Below are positions 62,280-64,000 of a DNA stretch of 64,000 nucleotides, piece by piece. The notes under the pieces are model-generated. The model saw only the letters and a list, made by a program, of their open reading frames with translations. It made no database searches and was not told the DNA's origin. This stretch comes from Xanthobacteraceae bacterium (lineage in GTDB: Bacteria; Pseudomonadota; Alphaproteobacteria; Rhizobiales; Xanthobacteraceae), in NCBI GenBank assembly GCA_028282095.1, contig JANQIP010000280.1, positions 2,962 through 66,961 on the forward strand, read 5' to 3'. Positions within the stretch are counted from its first letter, which is position 1. Every line of letters begins with the position of its first letter. The position numbers were made by a program, and so were the translations under genes.

Positions 62280-63248
62280 ATGAGCGGATACGACGACATC
62301 AGCCGGGCAACCGTTGAACTGACGGCCGTCATCATCACCATGAGAGACGGGGAACCCTGTGTCTTGGCCGTCGACGCGCCGGACCGGTCCGCATTGGCTC
62401 TTCCCTCGGGTCCGTTGCAGTCGGGGCACCGGACCTTGCAAGCGGGCGTCCGCAGTTGGGTTGAGAAGCAGACCGGCCAAGAGCTGGGCTATATCGAACA
62501 ATTGTACACCTTCGGCGACCGGCATGGGCGGGCCTTAGCCGTCCCCCATCACCGAACGATTTCGATCGCATACCTCGCCCTTGTCTGCGCTGGCGACGAT
62601 GTCGCCTCGGACACTCGGCCGTGGCGGCGCTGGTACGCTTTCTTTCCTTGGGAGGACCATCGAAGCGGCCGGCCGTCGGCCAGTGGCCCATTGCTCCGCC
62701 GTCTCGGCCAGTGGGCGCGAAAGTCTGGCAGATTGAACGATCCCGACTGCAGGGAGCGCGTCGGTCTTACCTTCGGCATCGGGGATACGCCTTGGGACGA
62801 GGAGCGAGCCTTGGAACGCTATGAGATGCTCTATGAAGCTGATCTCGTTCCCGAGGCAGCCTCTGATCGAGGAGACGAGGCGCCAACAACGAAATCGAAC
62901 CCGGCTGGCGTTCCAATGTTCTCCGATCACCGCCGTATCCTCGCGACGGCAATCAGCCGCATCCGCGCCAAGATCAAATATCGGCCCGTCCTATTCGAGC
63001 TCATGCCTGCGAGCTTCACCTTGCTCCAATTGCAGAAGGCCGCAGAGGCTTTGTCCGGCATGTCTCTCCATAAGCAGAACTTCAGGCGCCTGATCGCCCA
63101 GCAGTCCCTTGTCGAAGAAACCGGTGAACTGGCCATCGACACGGGCGGCCGCCCTGCCAAGCTGGTGCGTTTCCGCAAGGAAGCGACGCTCGAGCAGCCT
63201 ACTCCGGGCGTCCGTCTCAAGGCGACCCGTCGGGGCGCTTACCCTTGA
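62280..63248 (+). CDS. nadQ: NadQ-like NAD-biosynthesis transcriptional regulator (Nudix-like N-domain + wHTH)
   Basis: Start MSGYDDISRAT at 62280. Nudix-like N-terminal half. C-terminus FTLLQLQKAAEALSG...NFRRLI...GRPAKLVRF (wHTH). Directly upstream of nadA with palindromic sites in between. Confidence 0.7.
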   Translation: MSGYDDISRATVELTAVIITMRDGEPCVLAVDAPDRSALALPSGPLQSGHRTLQAGVRSWVEKQTGQELGYIEQLYTFGDRHGRALAVPHHRTISIAYLALVCAGDDVASDTRPWRRWYAFFPWEDHRSGRPSASGPLLRRLGQWARKSGRLNDPDCRERVGLTFGIGDTPWDEERALERYEMLYEADLVPEAASDRGDEAPTTKSNPAGVPMFSDHRRILATAISRIRAKIKYRPVLFELMPASFTLLQLQKAAEALSGMSLHKQNFRRLIAQQSLVEETGELAIDTGGRPAKLVRFRKEATLEQPTPGVRLKATRRGAYP

Positions 63249-63266
63249 CATCCGCCGACAAGCCCT

Positions 63267-63289
63267 CTTATGCTCAAGATAAGCATAAG
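63267..63289. promoter_or_regulatory. candidate NadQ operator 1
   Basis: CTTATGCT CAAGATA AGCATAAG inverted repeat between nadQ and nadA. Confidence 0.5.
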
Positions 63290-63320
63290 GTCGGCTGGTC
63301 CGGCCTTTTTCTTCCCCGAT

Positions 63321-63343
63321 CTAATGCTCGTCTTGAGCATAAG
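63321..63343. promoter_or_regulatory. candidate NadQ operator 2
   Basis: CTAATGCTCGTCTTGAGCATAAG equals the reverse complement of site 1 with 3 mismatches. Ends 10 nt before the nadA ATG. Confidence 0.5.
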
Positions 63344-63353
63344 AGGTCTTTCC

Positions 63354-64000
63354 ATGCCGATTCTGATGAACGAATTCGACGGTTTGCCATTCACAGAAGC
63401 CGTCGCGGCCCGAACGACCGATGTCTTCGAACGCGTCAAAGATGTCATCTTGGCAGCCGAGTGGCCTCTGGTCGCCCCGGAGATCGACGCGATCCGGCGC
63501 CTCAAGGGCGAGCGCAATGCGATCGTGCTGGCCCACAACTATCAAACGCCGGACATCTTTCATGGGGTCGCCGATATCGTCGGGGACTCGCTCGCGCTCG
63601 CCCGACGCGCGGCGGAAACCGACGCCGACGTGATCGTCCAAGCCGGCGTTCACTTCATGGCCGAGACGGCGAAGCTCGTTAATCCGGACAAGACCGTCCT
63701 GCTGCCCGACCTTCAGGCGGGCTGTTCGCTCGCCGCCTCGATCACCGGGGCGGATGTCCGCCTGTTGCGGGAGGCTTATCCGGGCGTGCCCATCGTCACC
63801 TATGTCAACACATCGGCCGAAGTGAAGGCGGAAGCTGACATCTGCTGCACATCCGGCAACGCGGTGCAGATCGTCGAGTCGCTCAACGCCCCGCGCGTCA
63901 TCATGCTGCCGGACGAATACCTCGCCAGCTTTGTCGCCGGCAAGACCGACGTGGAGATCATCCGCTGGCATGGCCGCTGCGAGGTGCATGAGCGCTTCAC
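63354..64000 (+). CDS. nadA: quinolinate synthase, N-terminal part (runs off window)
   Basis: Own translation: [13 protein letters not shown]...[15 protein letters not shown]...[30 protein letters not shown]...[21 protein letters not shown]...GRCEVHERF. Not in the ORF track because there is no stop in the window. Confidence 0.9.
   Translation, partial: MPILMNEFDGLPFTEAVAARTTDVFERVKDVILAAEWPLVAPEIDAIRRLKGERNAIVLAHNYQTPDIFHGVADIVGDSLALARRAAETDADVIVQAGVHFMAETAKLVNPDKTVLLPDLQAGCSLAASITGADVRLLREAYPGVPIVTYVNTSAEVKAEADICCTSGNAVQIVESLNAPRVIMLPDEYLASFVAGKTDVEIIRWHGRCEVHERF

Overview
High-GC alphaproteobacterial chromosome segment. The repeat families suggest a Bradyrhizobiaceae-like host, but that is inference only. 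Positions 1 to about 36.4 kb are a Mu-like transposable prophage lying in inverted orientation. Its genes run right to left on the minus strand. In + coordinates, left to right, they are: gpN-like (runs off the window at position 1), tape measure, tail chaperone with a -1 frameshift site, tube, sheath, head-completion genes, gpT capsid, gpI protease/scaffold, gpG, a Mu F-like protein fused to an ADP-ribosyltransferase domain, portal, terminases, lysis genes, Mor, GcrA/ASCH/GemA/Gam accessory early genes, MuB, MuA, and small early genes ending with a Ner-like protein. A divergent CI/LexA-type (S24) repressor starts at 32648 on the + strand. Lower-GC cargo genes on the same strand as the repressor follow at 33.4-35.9 kb, then a repeat-rich non-coding terminus. 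Many prophage genes are linked by ATGA or TGATG start/stop overlaps. GC-rich palindromic REP-like units are scattered through the prophage and sit in-frame inside at least seven of its genes. Positions 36.5-64 kb are ordinary chromosome: pcaB-like lyase, TerB-family protein, glutamine amidotransferase, tRNA-Ala(CGC), yggT, DUF167, folD, cspA, RNase T2, GT39-like membrane protein, rnhB, two radical SAM proteins, GT2, MarR-GNAT, moaB, ccrM, mutY, DUF721, HNH endonuclease, esterase, alkA-like glycosylase, bluB, an S1C/PDZ protein lacking the catalytic triad, nadQ and nadA (runs off the window end). A small lower-GC island next to the tRNA carries a Panacea (DUF4065) protein and a membrane protein. 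Two structured intergenic repeat families, called A and B here, are dense in the chromosomal part. No rRNA or CRISPR array was seen. All domain calls come from reading the translated ORFs by eye; no database search was run.
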